Source: Eledone cirrhosa
Taxonomy: Eukaryota
Length of the DNA: 64,000 nt
Direction of reading: 5' to 3'
Assembly: GCA_964016885.1 (NCBI GenBank)
Contig: OZ024751.1
Location: 4,340,001 to 4,404,000, forward strand
Shown here: positions 10,441 through 21,321 of the stretch, piece by piece
Layout of the letters: every line of letters starts with the position of its first letter
How positions within the stretch are numbered: position 1 is the first letter of the stretch
Notes under the pieces: model-generated
Told to the model about the DNA's origin: nothing
What the model saw: the letters and a program-made list of their open reading frames with translations, nothing else
The model's database searches: none
Position numbers and translations under genes: made by a program

Positions 10441-13219
10441 AAACAGCCTATCTGTAACACAAACTTCAAAAAACGTGAAAACCACTAGATCACCTATAGA
10501 TCAGGGGAACATGCCAGCCAGATAGATTATATCCTTACTAGAAGACGGGACAACGTATCTGTTGTAAACACTAAATCCCTCCCCCGTGAAGAATGCACCT
10601 CCCAACATAGCCTAGAAGTGAGTGACCTCACAGTCAGAAATAGACGTACTCGACGACAGAGGAGGCCTACCTTGAGGAGAAGAATATGGAAGTTGAAGGA
10701 CCCCATAGCCAGTGATAAATTTAAAAGCTTATTACTTGATGCCTTTGACAATAAGGAAGAGCAATTAGAGACGTGCGATATAGAGGAACAGTGGCAATTC
10801 AAGAAAGTGAACCTGCTGAAAGCAACGGATGAAATCTGTGGCTGGAGCAGACCTATTGGCAGGAGGAAAGTAACTTGGTGGTGGAACAGTAAGGTGGAAG
10901 AGACAATCAAGGCCAAAAAGCAGGCTTGGAAAGTGTGGCAGGATGGGGGAAGTAGAGAGCACTATCAAGTGGCTAGGAGACAAGTGTACCTTGCAAAAAG
11001 GGAATTTTAGGATAGAAAGTTCAAGCATGTTCTAAAATGCGAGGTGTTCAGGATTGCTAGACAATGTGTCAAGGAAAACCTTGATATTGTCGGGGAGAAG
11101 TGTGTCCATAATGATAACGGTGTACTTGCCCTCACTGATGCTGATAAGAAGATAGCCTGGAAGTGTCACTACGAGAGACTATTAAATGAGGAGAATAAGT
11201 GGGAAAAAGATAGTCTGCCCCAAATCGAGCCAATAGAAGGACCAGCGGTGCAAGTTAAAGGTAGTATAATAAGTAAGGCAATCAAAGATATGAAGACAGG
11301 CAAAGTAGCTGGGCCTTCGGAGATAGTTGCTGAGATGTTGAAGGCATCTGGAATGGTGGGACATACTATGGTCACCCGTATAGTTAACCAAGTAATACAG
11401 AATGGGCTCATACCAAAAGACTGGCGTAGCAGCATCATCATTAACTGCTACAAGGGTAAAGGAGATGCTCTAGATAGAGGAAACTATAGAGGCATTAAGT
11501 TAATTGACCAGGTCATGAAGGTCACAGAAAGAGTTATAGCGCAACTAATCAGAGAGAGAATTGATCTAGAAGAAATGCTCTTTTCCTTGTACGACAACTA
11601 GAGAAGTACCTAGCTAAAAGTAAACCCCTCTACTTAGCTTTTGTAGGCCTGGAAAAAGCCTTTGACAGAGTCCCCCGCTCCATTATCTGGTGGGCTCTTA
11701 GAAAACTAGGTGTAGTAGTAAGGTTAGAATTAACAATGAATATTGTGAAGAATTTAGTGTAAAAGTTGGTGTTCACCAAAGCTCTGTCCTTAGCCCCCTC
11801 CTATTTATTATTGCCCTTCAGGCTATAACAGAGGAGTTCAAGACCGGCTGCCCATGGGAACTCCTATACGCAGATGATCTAACGCTCATAGCTGAATCAA
11901 TGGCTGAACTAGAAAAGAAATTCCAAACATGGAAGCATGGCCTAGAATCACAAGGCCTTAAGGTTAACTTGTCTAAGACTAAAGTCCTACTTTGTAGAAA
12001 GGAAAATAAGGCACAGGTACCCTCAGGGAAATGGCCTTGCTCAGTGTGTAGGAAAGGAGTAGGCAGAAATTCAATTTTATGTCCCAAATGCAAAGTATGG
12101 GTACATAAAAGATGTAGTGGGATCACAGGTAAACTATCTAAGAACGTAGACTTTATATGTGGCCGATGCTCAGGTGCAATAGGTAGCAAGTGTCCACAGG
12201 ATACTAGCCCCTTCTATTGCCCAGATGGTTCTATAGAAATAGTAGACACTTTCCGTTACATGACGAAATCAGTAGTGGTGGCGGGTGTTCTGAAAGTACA
12301 GTAGCCAGAGTCAGAACAGGATGGAAAAAGTTCAGAGAGTTTATACCGCTGTTGGCCACAAAAGGTTTCTCTCTAAAAATGAAAGGCAGATTGTATGATG
12401 CTTGTATACGAACAGCAATGCTACATGGCAGTGAGACATGGGCATTGTGTGCAGAGGACCTGCGTAGACTGGAAAGGAACGAAGCATGCATGCTCCGTTG
12501 GATGTGTAATAGTAATATACGTGAACGGCAAAGCATAAATGAACTAAGTGAGAAATTAGGAAGAAGAGAGATCAGATGCTGTTTACTCAAGAGAAGACTA
12601 CGTTGGTATGGCCACGTGATGCGCATGAAAGACGACAGCTGTATAAAAAAATGCAGGGCGATCAAAATTGATGGTAGTTACGGAGTAGGTAGACCCAGAA
12701 AAACCTGGGACGATCTGATAAATTCCGACCTTACACACTTGCACCTCTCTAAGACAATGTCACTGGACCGAGATCTTTGGCGCTATGCAGTAATACTGAA
12801 GACCCGCCTTGCCTATGTACAAAGCGAAACCTAGTCAGTAGGCACCTCTTAACCAAATACACTCCCCTACCCTATCCTCCCACTCCCACCAACACCACCC
12901 CCTCTCTATAAAGTTGGTACCACAACATCCAGTCCAAATAAATGAGATAGAGATCGTGTAGGTGTCACGAGAAAAAAAAAACACACAGTCCACGCTGTAA
13001 TGTGGCCGTGTAGGTAACACGGTAAAAAGTTCCCAGTTCCACACTGTAAATGTGGGTGGTGTTAGGGAGGGCATCCAGCCGTAGATAACCTGCCAGATAG
13101 TCCTATATGAGCAAGACACGGTCACCCGACCAACCTTGCCTCAAGTGGACTCCCGTCTAATCCATGGTAGCGTGGAAAGTGGTAGCGTGGAAAGTGGACG
13201 TTAAACAAGGATGATGATT
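10441..13219 (+). mobile_element. 5'-truncated RTE-clade LINE (end of APE, RT, 3' UTR), disrupted
   Basis: SQIDYIL (APE), then YKGKGDALDRGNYRGIKL, LEKAFDRVP, PWELLYADDL, MLHGSETW, RLRWYGHVMR and GRPRKTW. The 3' UTR ends GGACGTTAAAC...GATGATGAT. Confidence 0.92.
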
Positions 13220-13506
13220 ACTCTATTATATTTCCATGGTAAAGACTTTACCTCACATAACATTTCCATGGTAAAGTCTTTATGTCACATAATATCGAAT
13301 CTATGAGATTTTGATATTTATATTGAGAACAATACCTTAATATCAGTAAGAGTGGCCAGTTACGGCTGGTTTGAACAGAATTCTGGCTGGTTTAAATGCT
13401 GAAGAGTTAAGCAACTTTCAGTGGATATGTTCCAATTTCCTCTTTTCAGGTTTAAATTTTGATTTTGATGAAAATTTTTTCTAAGTCATTTTCAAGCATT
13501 TTATAA

Positions 13507-13830
13507 AATTGATGGAAGCTATGAAGTAGGAAGACCTAGGATGAGGTGATAAAAGCTGACTTCACACAATTGATGGAAGCTATGGAGAAGGAAGACCTGG
13601 GATGAGGCGATAAAAGCTGACCTCACACAATTGATGGAAGCTAACGAGTAGGAATACCTGGGATGGGATGATAAAAGCTGACCTCACACAATTGATGGAA
13701 GCTATGGAGTAGGAAGACCTAGGATGAGGTGATAAAAGCTGACCTCTCACAATTGCACTTCTCAAAGACAATGACACAGCATCGAGATCTTAGGCGTTAT
13801 GCAGTAATATAGAAGACCAGCCTTCCCTAG
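13507..13830 (+). repeat. 61-bp x4 minisatellite derived from the RTE ORF C-terminus, plus continuing RTE sequence
   Basis: AATTGATGGAAGCTATGGAGTAGGAAGACC... starts at 13507, 13568, 13629 and 13690, and is homologous to 12666-12815. Confidence 0.8.
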
Positions 13831-13889
13831 CATTGGTATCAATGACTCCCACAAGGACACCAATACACATCTATATATACTCACGTAAC

Positions 13890-14081
13890 ATATCGAAGAA
13901 CCCCGTCAGTCACGAATGACCATGTGATTTGCAACTAGAAAGTTCCACTCTGAGGCACAAGTCTGGTTCTTTGAGGAAGACCAGCAGTTGCCCATGTATA
14001 CCCGTCTAGCCTCTTCATATCACCAATGATGTCCTAGGGAAAAGCAATGGCTGATACAGCTTGGCACCAGTGACATCACAA
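13890..14081 (-). mobile_element. 3' portion of a tRNA-derived SINE
   Basis: Ends in GATACAGCTTGGCACCAGTGACATCACAAC, the segment that adjoins the SINE head at 16667-16855. Confidence 0.55.
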
Positions 14082-14779
14082 CATATATATATATATATAA
14101 CTTATATCCCAGACATCCATAGATTATTTCTATTCTACAGCTACCTCTCTTCCCCAATTTCAAAATGTTCTGTTTACATTATTATTATTATCATTCACTG
14201 GTTTCCACAACGTATATACTTCGACCTTGTTTTTGATATAAACCATGTTGGACATTGTCTCTTTCTCTACGAACTCATCCCTAAACCCCTGCCATTACCT
14301 ACCCTTTCTCTCACTCATTCATTTCGGTGTTTACGAAGCTAAGTGACCATCTTCGAAATTCTTGCATATCTGCCTTGTCTAATATGCCTACTTGTATCTG
14401 CTAATTTCCCCCGAATCTCCTGTGATGATATATGTCATGATGGCTACCTATCTCACAATTTCCCAATCACCACCATAGGCTATTTGACCAATCAAACCTC
14501 AGCAACATGTTCTTACGCATTACCATCCCCAACAAACTCTGCCATTACTACTACTGTCCTTCTTGCCCTTACTAGCCCCAACAAACTCTGCCATTACTAC
14601 TACTGTCCTTCTAGCCCTGCACCAAAGAATTCTTGTTTACCATTATCTATGGAGGAGCGAAGGATAAATGGAACAACCCCGAATAAATAAATGAATATGA
14701 ATCTGAGTTACCAAGCACCCATGCAAAGCTTTAATTCAGAGACAGGAAGCATACACTCCCCTGCAAATATTCACCCCCT

Positions 14780-16276
14780 CCCACAAATGATGGCAAATGT
14801 CCAAAATTCTGAGTTGGCAGCATCAACATAAGCACAATGAAAGGAAGGGCAGGAGAAATTATAGAGATGCTAGAGTGAAAGGATATTGACGTATGCTGTG
14901 TGCAAGAGACTAGATGGAGAGGAGTGTCCGCTAGAGTCCTTGTAGGCAAAAGTTAGTGCTATAAACTTTTCTGGGTGGGAAATGACAATGGGATGGGTGG
15001 TGTAGGTATACTATTAGCTGACAAATGGGTAGATAAGGTAATAACCACACATATTGTTAACCAGGTAATACTAGAGGGTGTCATACCAAAGGATTGGTGC
15101 AGCAGCATCACCGTCAAATGCTACAAGGGTAAAGGAAATGCACTAGATAGAAGAAACTATAGAGGTATAAAGCTGATGGACCCGGTCATGAAAGTAATGG
15201 AAAGAGTCATAGCACAGTTGATCAGGGACTGGGTAAAACTAGATGAGATGCAGTTTGGGCTTGTGCCAGGAAAAAGCACCACTGATGCCCTCTCCTTTGT
15301 GATGCAGTTACAGGAAAAGTACCTAGCTAAAAGTAAGCCGCTCTACCTGGCTCTTGTCGATCTGGAAAATGCCTTTGACAGAGTGCCCCGTGCTATAATC
15401 TGGTGGGCTCTTAGAAAACTAGGCGTAGATGAATGGCTTGTGAAAGCTGTACAAGCCATGTATAGGGGAGCAGTCAGCAAAGTTAGAGTTAACAGTAACT
15501 ATAGCGAGGAATTTAGCATACAGATCGGTGTCCACCAGGGCTCTGTTCTTAGCCCTCTCCTGTTTATTATAGTATTGCAGGCTATAACAGAGGAGTTTAA
15601 GACCGGATGCCCATAGGAACTCCTATATGCGGATGATCTTACACTTATAGCTGAATCTATGGCAGAACTAAAGAAACAAGCACCATCAATCTCTGAGAGA
15701 GCTCTGTAGAAACAATAGACAGCTTTTGCTACCTAGGTGACCAAATGAGCAGCGGAGGTGGGTGTTCTGAGAGTACAGTATCCAGGGTAACAACGAGATT
15801 GAAGAAGTTCAGGGAGCTACAGCCACTGCTAGCTGCAAAAGGCTTTTCCCTCAAAATGAAAGGCAGACAGTATGATGTGTGCATACAAACAGCAATGTTA
15901 CATGGTAGTGAGACCTGGGCGCTGTCTGTAGAAGACTTGCGTAGACTAGAAAGAAACGAAGCTTGCATGCTCCGATGGACATGTAATAGTAATATATGCG
16001 AAGAGCAAAGCATTAACAAATTGAGAGAGAGACTGAGCATAAGAGGAATCAAATGCTGTGTGCAAGAGAGGAGAGCATATAGACAATGTGCCCCCATCCC
16101 CTCCCACTATAAAGTGGCAGTGGAGGTATCATGACAAAAAAGCACCCATCACTCACTATGAGGTTGGTGTTAGGAAGGGCATCCAGCCAAAATCAGTTTC
16201 CATCTGAGCAAGACAAGGTCACCCTACCTGGCACTGTCAACCTGGAAGAAGGGACGTAAAACGGTGATGATGATGA
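14780..16276 (+). mobile_element. internally deleted RTE LINE
   Basis: The APE N-terminus (CCVQETRW...GGVGILL) is fused directly to the RT region (NYRGIKL, DLENAFDRVP, GVHQGSVLSPLLF, YADDL). A second deletion near 15680 removes the Cys-rich segment. The tail is GGACGTAAAACGGTGATGATGAT. Confidence 0.88.
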
Positions 16277-16288
16277 TATACATATATA

Positions 16289-16327
<39 letters not shown>

Positions 16328-16335
16328 TATATATG

Positions 16336-16389
16336 ATGTCCAAGAGAAAGGCAATGGCCGATACAGCTTGGCAGCAGTGACGTCACAAC

Positions 16390-16423
<34 letters not shown>

Positions 16424-16855
16424 TGTGTATATATTATATATACACTGTGTACAGTATATATACACTATATATATGTCGAAGGGAAAGGTTATGGCCCATA
16501 CAGCTTGGCACTAGTGACATCACAACATATATATATATACAATATATATTATACAGTATGTATACACTATATATATTATACAGTATATATACACTCTATA
16601 TGTTGTCCAAGAGAAAGGTTATGGCCGATACAGCTAGGCACTAGTGACATCACAACATATATATATATGTCCAAGTGAAAGGCTATGGTCGATACAGTTT
16701 GGCACCAGTGACATTATAACTCATTTCTACAGCTGAATAAACTGGAGCAATGTGAAATAAAGTGTCTTGCACAAGGACACAACACATCACCCGGTCCGAG
16801 AATCGAACTCACAACCTTTTGATAGTAAGCTCAATGCTCTAACCACTAAGCCATG
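16336..16855 (-). mobile_element. SINE head with four tandem copies of a ~55-bp internal segment separated by TA-rich tracts
   Basis: The tRNA-like head at 16720-16855 is the same family as 480-621. GTCCAAGAGAAAGG...GATACAGCTTGGC..AGTGACATCACAAC occurs at ~16336, 16473, 16602 and 16667. Confidence 0.75.
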
Positions 16856-16859
16856 ATAC

Positions 16860-17249
16860 CTTCTAGAACCAACTTTGATATAGAGACACCATAAAGACAA
16901 CCGTTGTTTTCATAGTTTAAGCCTTAAAATACCTCTCATACATGCTTTAAGTACATATAAACTCATTAAAACACACTTTTGTATTTAAACACCAAAACAC
17001 AGCCAGTAACGGTCGTAAGATGTCCCTTCCTTACGATATACACTTTAATAACATTGAAACTTATTTAATAAGTTTAAAATTTTAAACTCTTTTTATTCAG
17101 ACGTACCGCGATAAGAAAATAAATATGTTCTAACGAAAAATCTGCGATGCGGCGAGGATTACCGCGATAGGAAATTAGATACGTTCCAAAGAAATATCCG
17201 CGATGTAACGGGACCGCGAAAAGTGAACCGCGATATAGCGTGGGATTAC
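16860..17249. mobile_element. probable pogo/Tigger-like DNA transposon end fragment
   Basis: The reverse complement of ~17222-17249 reads GTAATCCCACGCTATATCGCGGTTCAC, resembling Tigger-like TIRs, with repeated CCGCGAT subterminal motifs. No partner TIR was seen and the left boundary is approximate. Confidence 0.45.
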
Positions 17250-18300
17250 ACACAACATACATCTATCTATATACACACATAACATTTATTTCGATTTTTT
17301 ACTTTAAAATGTTGACTGAGGGTGCGACAACTGTTTCTTGTTTGAGGTTGTTCCAGTGGTTGAAATATAGACGGAGGTATTTTAAATAATAAAGACAGTC
17401 ATGATAACAATATATTTTATATCACATATAACAGTGGAATCTGCTGATTGAAAAATAACACATTGACATTTCAGTTTGGAAGATTTTTTTCTATATATAA
17501 AAGTGGAGGAAGAAATATATTTTTCTAATGTTATATATATTTTCACTTGTATATAATTACTGGATCATTGCAGGGTTTAAATAATTATATTATTTACACA
17601 CATTAATATCGACATTAAGTAAATCTTTGTCAACTTACCTCCTTCAGATATAATCAATGTGTTGTGTTGTTAGTTTTTACTAAACAACCAAAGAAATAAT
17701 CTCTTTATGAAATTAGAAGTTTCAAAGATGTTATCAGCTTTATTTCACATTAACGTTGGTGTATCTTCTTCATCTTTAGTCATAAATTGATATCTTGTCA
17801 GAATGAAGTAGTGAGGCTGACTTTATGTCTTTAGATACAGATTTGATAGGAAATATATATATATTAGGTTGATATGTGGTCTAAAATATATATATTGTCT
17901 ATAATTGACTGATAGTAGATGTTCTGGTGAAATAGTAGTTTTACTACTACAGATTGTAATGGAACTCTTAGTAGACACAATTGTAAAGTAAGAATAGATA
18001 TGACAGTGTAAGACTAATGTCGGGAAAATAAAATTGTGTGTGTGTATATATATATAATTGTTACACAAGATATAATTAGATTAATTAAGGTTATAATGAA
18101 GACAGCAGGTACATGGTGTCATTGGGAATGTTACAACTCTCGTACCGGTGTCATACGTTAAAGGTCCCTGATATAATTTAATACCTTCAGACAGTTCCAA
18201 TCGTATTTAATGGATTGTAAATCAGAAAGTATCAATAAGAAAACCTCTACGTAGTCTCTCTAACTGCTAGAAACAGCAGTGATATTATCCATTACAACTG

Positions 18301-18337
<37 letters not shown>

Positions 18338-18701
18338 GACACATATATGTATGTATGTATATGTGTATATATGGGTATGTATAAGTGTGTACGTGTGTTT
18401 GTATGGTGTGTATATGTGTACGTAGGGTTTTGGTATCTACGTTTGGTGAACATATGTATTTACCTATAAATATGTGTGAGTGTGCATTCTATACGCATTT
18501 ATGCGTGTATATTTATATATGTATATACACACACACAAACATATTTATATGTGTATTTGGTGTATACGTTCGTATGTGTGCGGGTATATGTTTCGCGCCG
18601 GTTTACGTCCGTGTGCGCGTGTTTATGTGTACGTGCACTTATATGCATGCATGGCAAGTGTTTTCGCATATGCACGTGTATAAATGTGTGTATGTATATA
18701 T
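18301..18701. repeat. compound (CT)n(AT)n and degenerate (GT/AT)n microsatellite
   Basis: Dinucleotide runs directly visible. Confidence 0.9.
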
Positions 18702-18709
18702 TTAATTAT

Positions 18710-18815
18710 TATTCGAGGTTAACTTTGCCTTTCATCCTTACGGGGTCGATAAAATAAAGTACCAGTAATGTACTGAGTCATTGATGGCCTTGTGCCAAAA
18801 GTAGAAACAATTATT
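18710..18815 (+). mobile_element. SINE central-domain remnant
   Basis: TTTGCCTTTCATCCTTACGGGGTCGATAAAATAAAGTACCAGT resembles a conserved metazoan SINE central domain. The family was recalled from memory and not verified. Confidence 0.45.
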
Positions 18816-19053
18816 ACTTTTATGATTTTAGTTTCAGAAGATCCCGTTAAGGGTGAAAGCAGCGATTCTCTGCTTAAACTTTAATCTGTTATTTTAATAT
18901 ATATATATATATATAATTGGTTTTGGATGCTTAAAGCGTCCGTATGCGATAGGGCGTTTAAGCACTCGATGCTCTTGTAGCGGTTGTCTCCCTTGTTTTG
19001 ATTGGGATCTAGACGGGAAGTGGAACCCTTTCTGCAACTTCCGGTCAGAGCCC

Positions 19054-19060
19054 TATAAAA
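19054..19060 (+). promoter_or_regulatory. TATA box of the 5' LTR
   Basis: TATAAAA at the equivalent position in both LTRs. Confidence 0.55.
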
Positions 19061-19342
19061 CTAACGACTTTGGGCTTCCTCTCTCTCTTTGCCTTTTCGG
19101 CACCAGGTCAAGAGTCTTCTCATTTGGCTCTGCCATTAATTTGGTCAACAGGCGCCTGGCTAAGGCCAGGCGCCCTCTGCCAGCCGCGTTTGCCTGGCAA
19201 TCAAAACGGTAACTACTAACTTTGGTTCATTCTAACATCTATCTTTGACATGTCAAGTATTCTATCTACCGTTAATTAAATATTATATACACAAACATTG
19301 TCTCGTTTTGTTACATTCATACAACCAGTAATCCCGCTATAT

Positions 19343-19374
19343 TGGTAACCCTGACGTGATACGAACACGCAGCC
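19343..19374 (+). promoter_or_regulatory. primer-binding site complementary to the tRNA-Trp 3' end (extended)
   Basis: Observed TGGTAACCCTGACGTGATACGAACACGCAGCC versus the recalled reverse complement of animal tRNA-Trp(CCA), TGGTGACCCCGACGTGATTCGAACACGCAGCC. Confidence 0.85.
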
Positions 19375-19557
19375 GTTCATCGCTATAAGTGGTCACCCCC
19401 AAAAAAAGAAAAAAATAGCACATCTGGTTTTGTGAGTAACATTACGAATACACAGCAAATTTAGCGACAAACTATGAAAATACTCAAGGACACGCACACA
19501 CGCACATGTGGAATTCGCACAGACATACTTTTTCTCTCACGCATCAATTAACTGTCG

Positions 19558-19760
19558 CATTTCACCAATATATATATATATGTTTCTCGTTTCTTACAAC
19601 GAACACTTTCAAAACAAAAAAAAAACATTTCACGATATATATATATGTTTCTCGTTTCTTACAACGAACACTTTCAAAACAAAAAAAAAACATTTCACGA
19701 TATATATATATGTTTCTCGTTTCTTACAACGAACTCTTTCAAAACACACAAAAAAAAAAA
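19558..19760. repeat. 65-bp x ~3 tandem repeat inside the LTR element
   Basis: TGTTTCTCGTTTCTTACAACGAAC at 19581, 19646 and 19711. Confidence 0.9.
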
Positions 19761-21059
19761 AGTTCTAGTTTTTTGTTTTTTTCCAAAGTTCACACCTATA
19801 ATTATGCTGATTGAAGCCTTTCTTTTTCATCATTGTCACTTTCAAAATTGCACTATCATTTTCTCGCGCGTTAGAAATATTTTTTTTCAACCTTGTATTG
19901 GCACGTGTAGGCAGCATAAATTCTCGATTCACTGAGATGTCTCTTACTCACAGACAGCCGCACGCCAGAGATAGCGTTTCTCCCCCAAGGATTCTTCAGC
20001 CTTAAGCTATATTCTTCTATTTGCCGGTTTATAAATTTACAATGTAAATTTACCGTTGATAACCGCGCATTTATTAAGAATGCTTATTTCTCTGGTCGCT
20101 GGCCTCTTGACCCTTCCAGGTCAACGCATTCTCAACATCGACCATCAACTTCGGCTGCTATTTCTAGCACTTTGCGCAACTCATTTTTTTCTAAAAAAAA
20201 AAATTTTTTTACTGTGAATTTAAACACCGAATACGCTCACTCAGCGAGACAACAGCAGCAGCAACAGCAATATAACAGCAACAGCAATACATCAACACAG
20301 CTTCACCAAAGCCAGAGAATTTATTTTTGCAGCACTCTTCCTGTGAGAAAATCCATTCGGAGGTTGGAAATTTCACGATATACCACAGAACAGAAACCAC
20401 CTGCATTCATTCTCTGGAACACACTTTCTTTCCTGCTGTCATGTGATTGCACACCTGTGAACTATATTTTGAACTTTGAGCTCTTCTATTACTTTTACTT
20501 TATTACATTGTATCTTTGGGTGATGGATAGATGGATGTCCAGTCGTTCTCTGGCCAAGAGCGGTTGGCTACCTTGATATCTATCATTGATTTTTCCAGAC
20601 ATTCTTTTGTCGTAATTTTCATGCCTGTTACAACATTCTCGCCAACTTGCTACATATTTTCATTTCGATTTTTATACACTAAAATTCTGGCGGGAGGTTA
20701 TGTAGCGGTTGTCTCCCTTGTTTTGATTGGGATCTAGACGGGAAGTGGAACCCTTTCTGCAACTTCCGGTCAGAGCCCTATAAAACTAACGACTTTGGGC
20801 TTCCTCTCTCTCTTTGCCTTTTCGGCACCAGGTCAAGAGTCTTCTCATTTGGCTCTGCCATTAGTTTGGTCAACAGGCGCGTTTGCCTGGCAATCAAAAC
20901 GGTAACTACTAACTTTGGTTCATTCTAACATCTATCTTTGACATGTCAAGTATTCTATCTACCGTTAATTAAATATTATATACACAAACATTGTCTCGTT
21001 TTGTTACATTCATACAACCAGTAATCCCGCTATACTCTCATAGAGCAGAGTATGATATC

Positions 21060-21290
21060 ACAGCAAAAGAGAGAATCGGTGTTGTGACGAATGGAATTTA
21101 TTGGACATATTACAATCGTTTCTCTGGCGACCAGCTCGAGGTACGATCGATGTGATGATCGAACCTGAAAATCGCAAGGTCCTCAGATACGTCTTTATTC
21201 TATGAGATATATACATATATCTCAAGGGTGGTGCCCCAGCATAGCCTCAGCCCGATAGCTGGAACAGGTATAAGAATAAAAGAATATAAT
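21060..21290 (+). mobile_element. degenerate SINE-like 3' remnant
   Basis: GGGTGGTGCCCCAGCATAGCC...ending in an (AAGAATA)n-like tail. Confidence 0.35.
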
Positions 21291-21321
21291 ATATACGTGT
21301 ATATTCATATATTGTATTTAT

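Larger units (their letters stand above)
2582..17638 (-). other. putative ~15-kb 5'-UTR intron of the ZNF gene
   Basis: Minus-strand acceptor GTTTCTTTCTTATTTCAG ends at 2582, and a perfect minus-strand donor GAG|GTAAGT lies at 17639/17638. Pairing of the two sites is inferred. Confidence 0.4.
18976..21034 (+). mobile_element. non-autonomous LTR retrotransposon (Gypsy-like, tRNA-Trp primed)
   Basis: Near-identical LTRs at 18976-19341 and 20701-21034, with 4-bp TSD CTCT (18972-18975 / 21035-21038). The PBS starts at 19343 and a PPT-like CTGGCGGGAGGTTA lies at 20687-20700. No gag/pol ORF is present. Confidence 0.93.

Noticed and set aside
13230-13292. 32-bp direct duplication (also a ~50-bp one at 14527-14611) as possible TSDs
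   Set aside because: The copies are adjacent with nothing between them, so they are simple local tandem duplications.
18385-18757. Overlapping Cys/Val/Tyr-rich ORFs
   Set aside because: They are translations of a (GT/AT)n microsatellite.
20172-20576. Poly-Q ORF inside the LTR element as a gag/env remnant
   Set aside because: It has a non-ATG start, low-complexity CAG/CAA content, and no retroelement protein motif that I can recognise.
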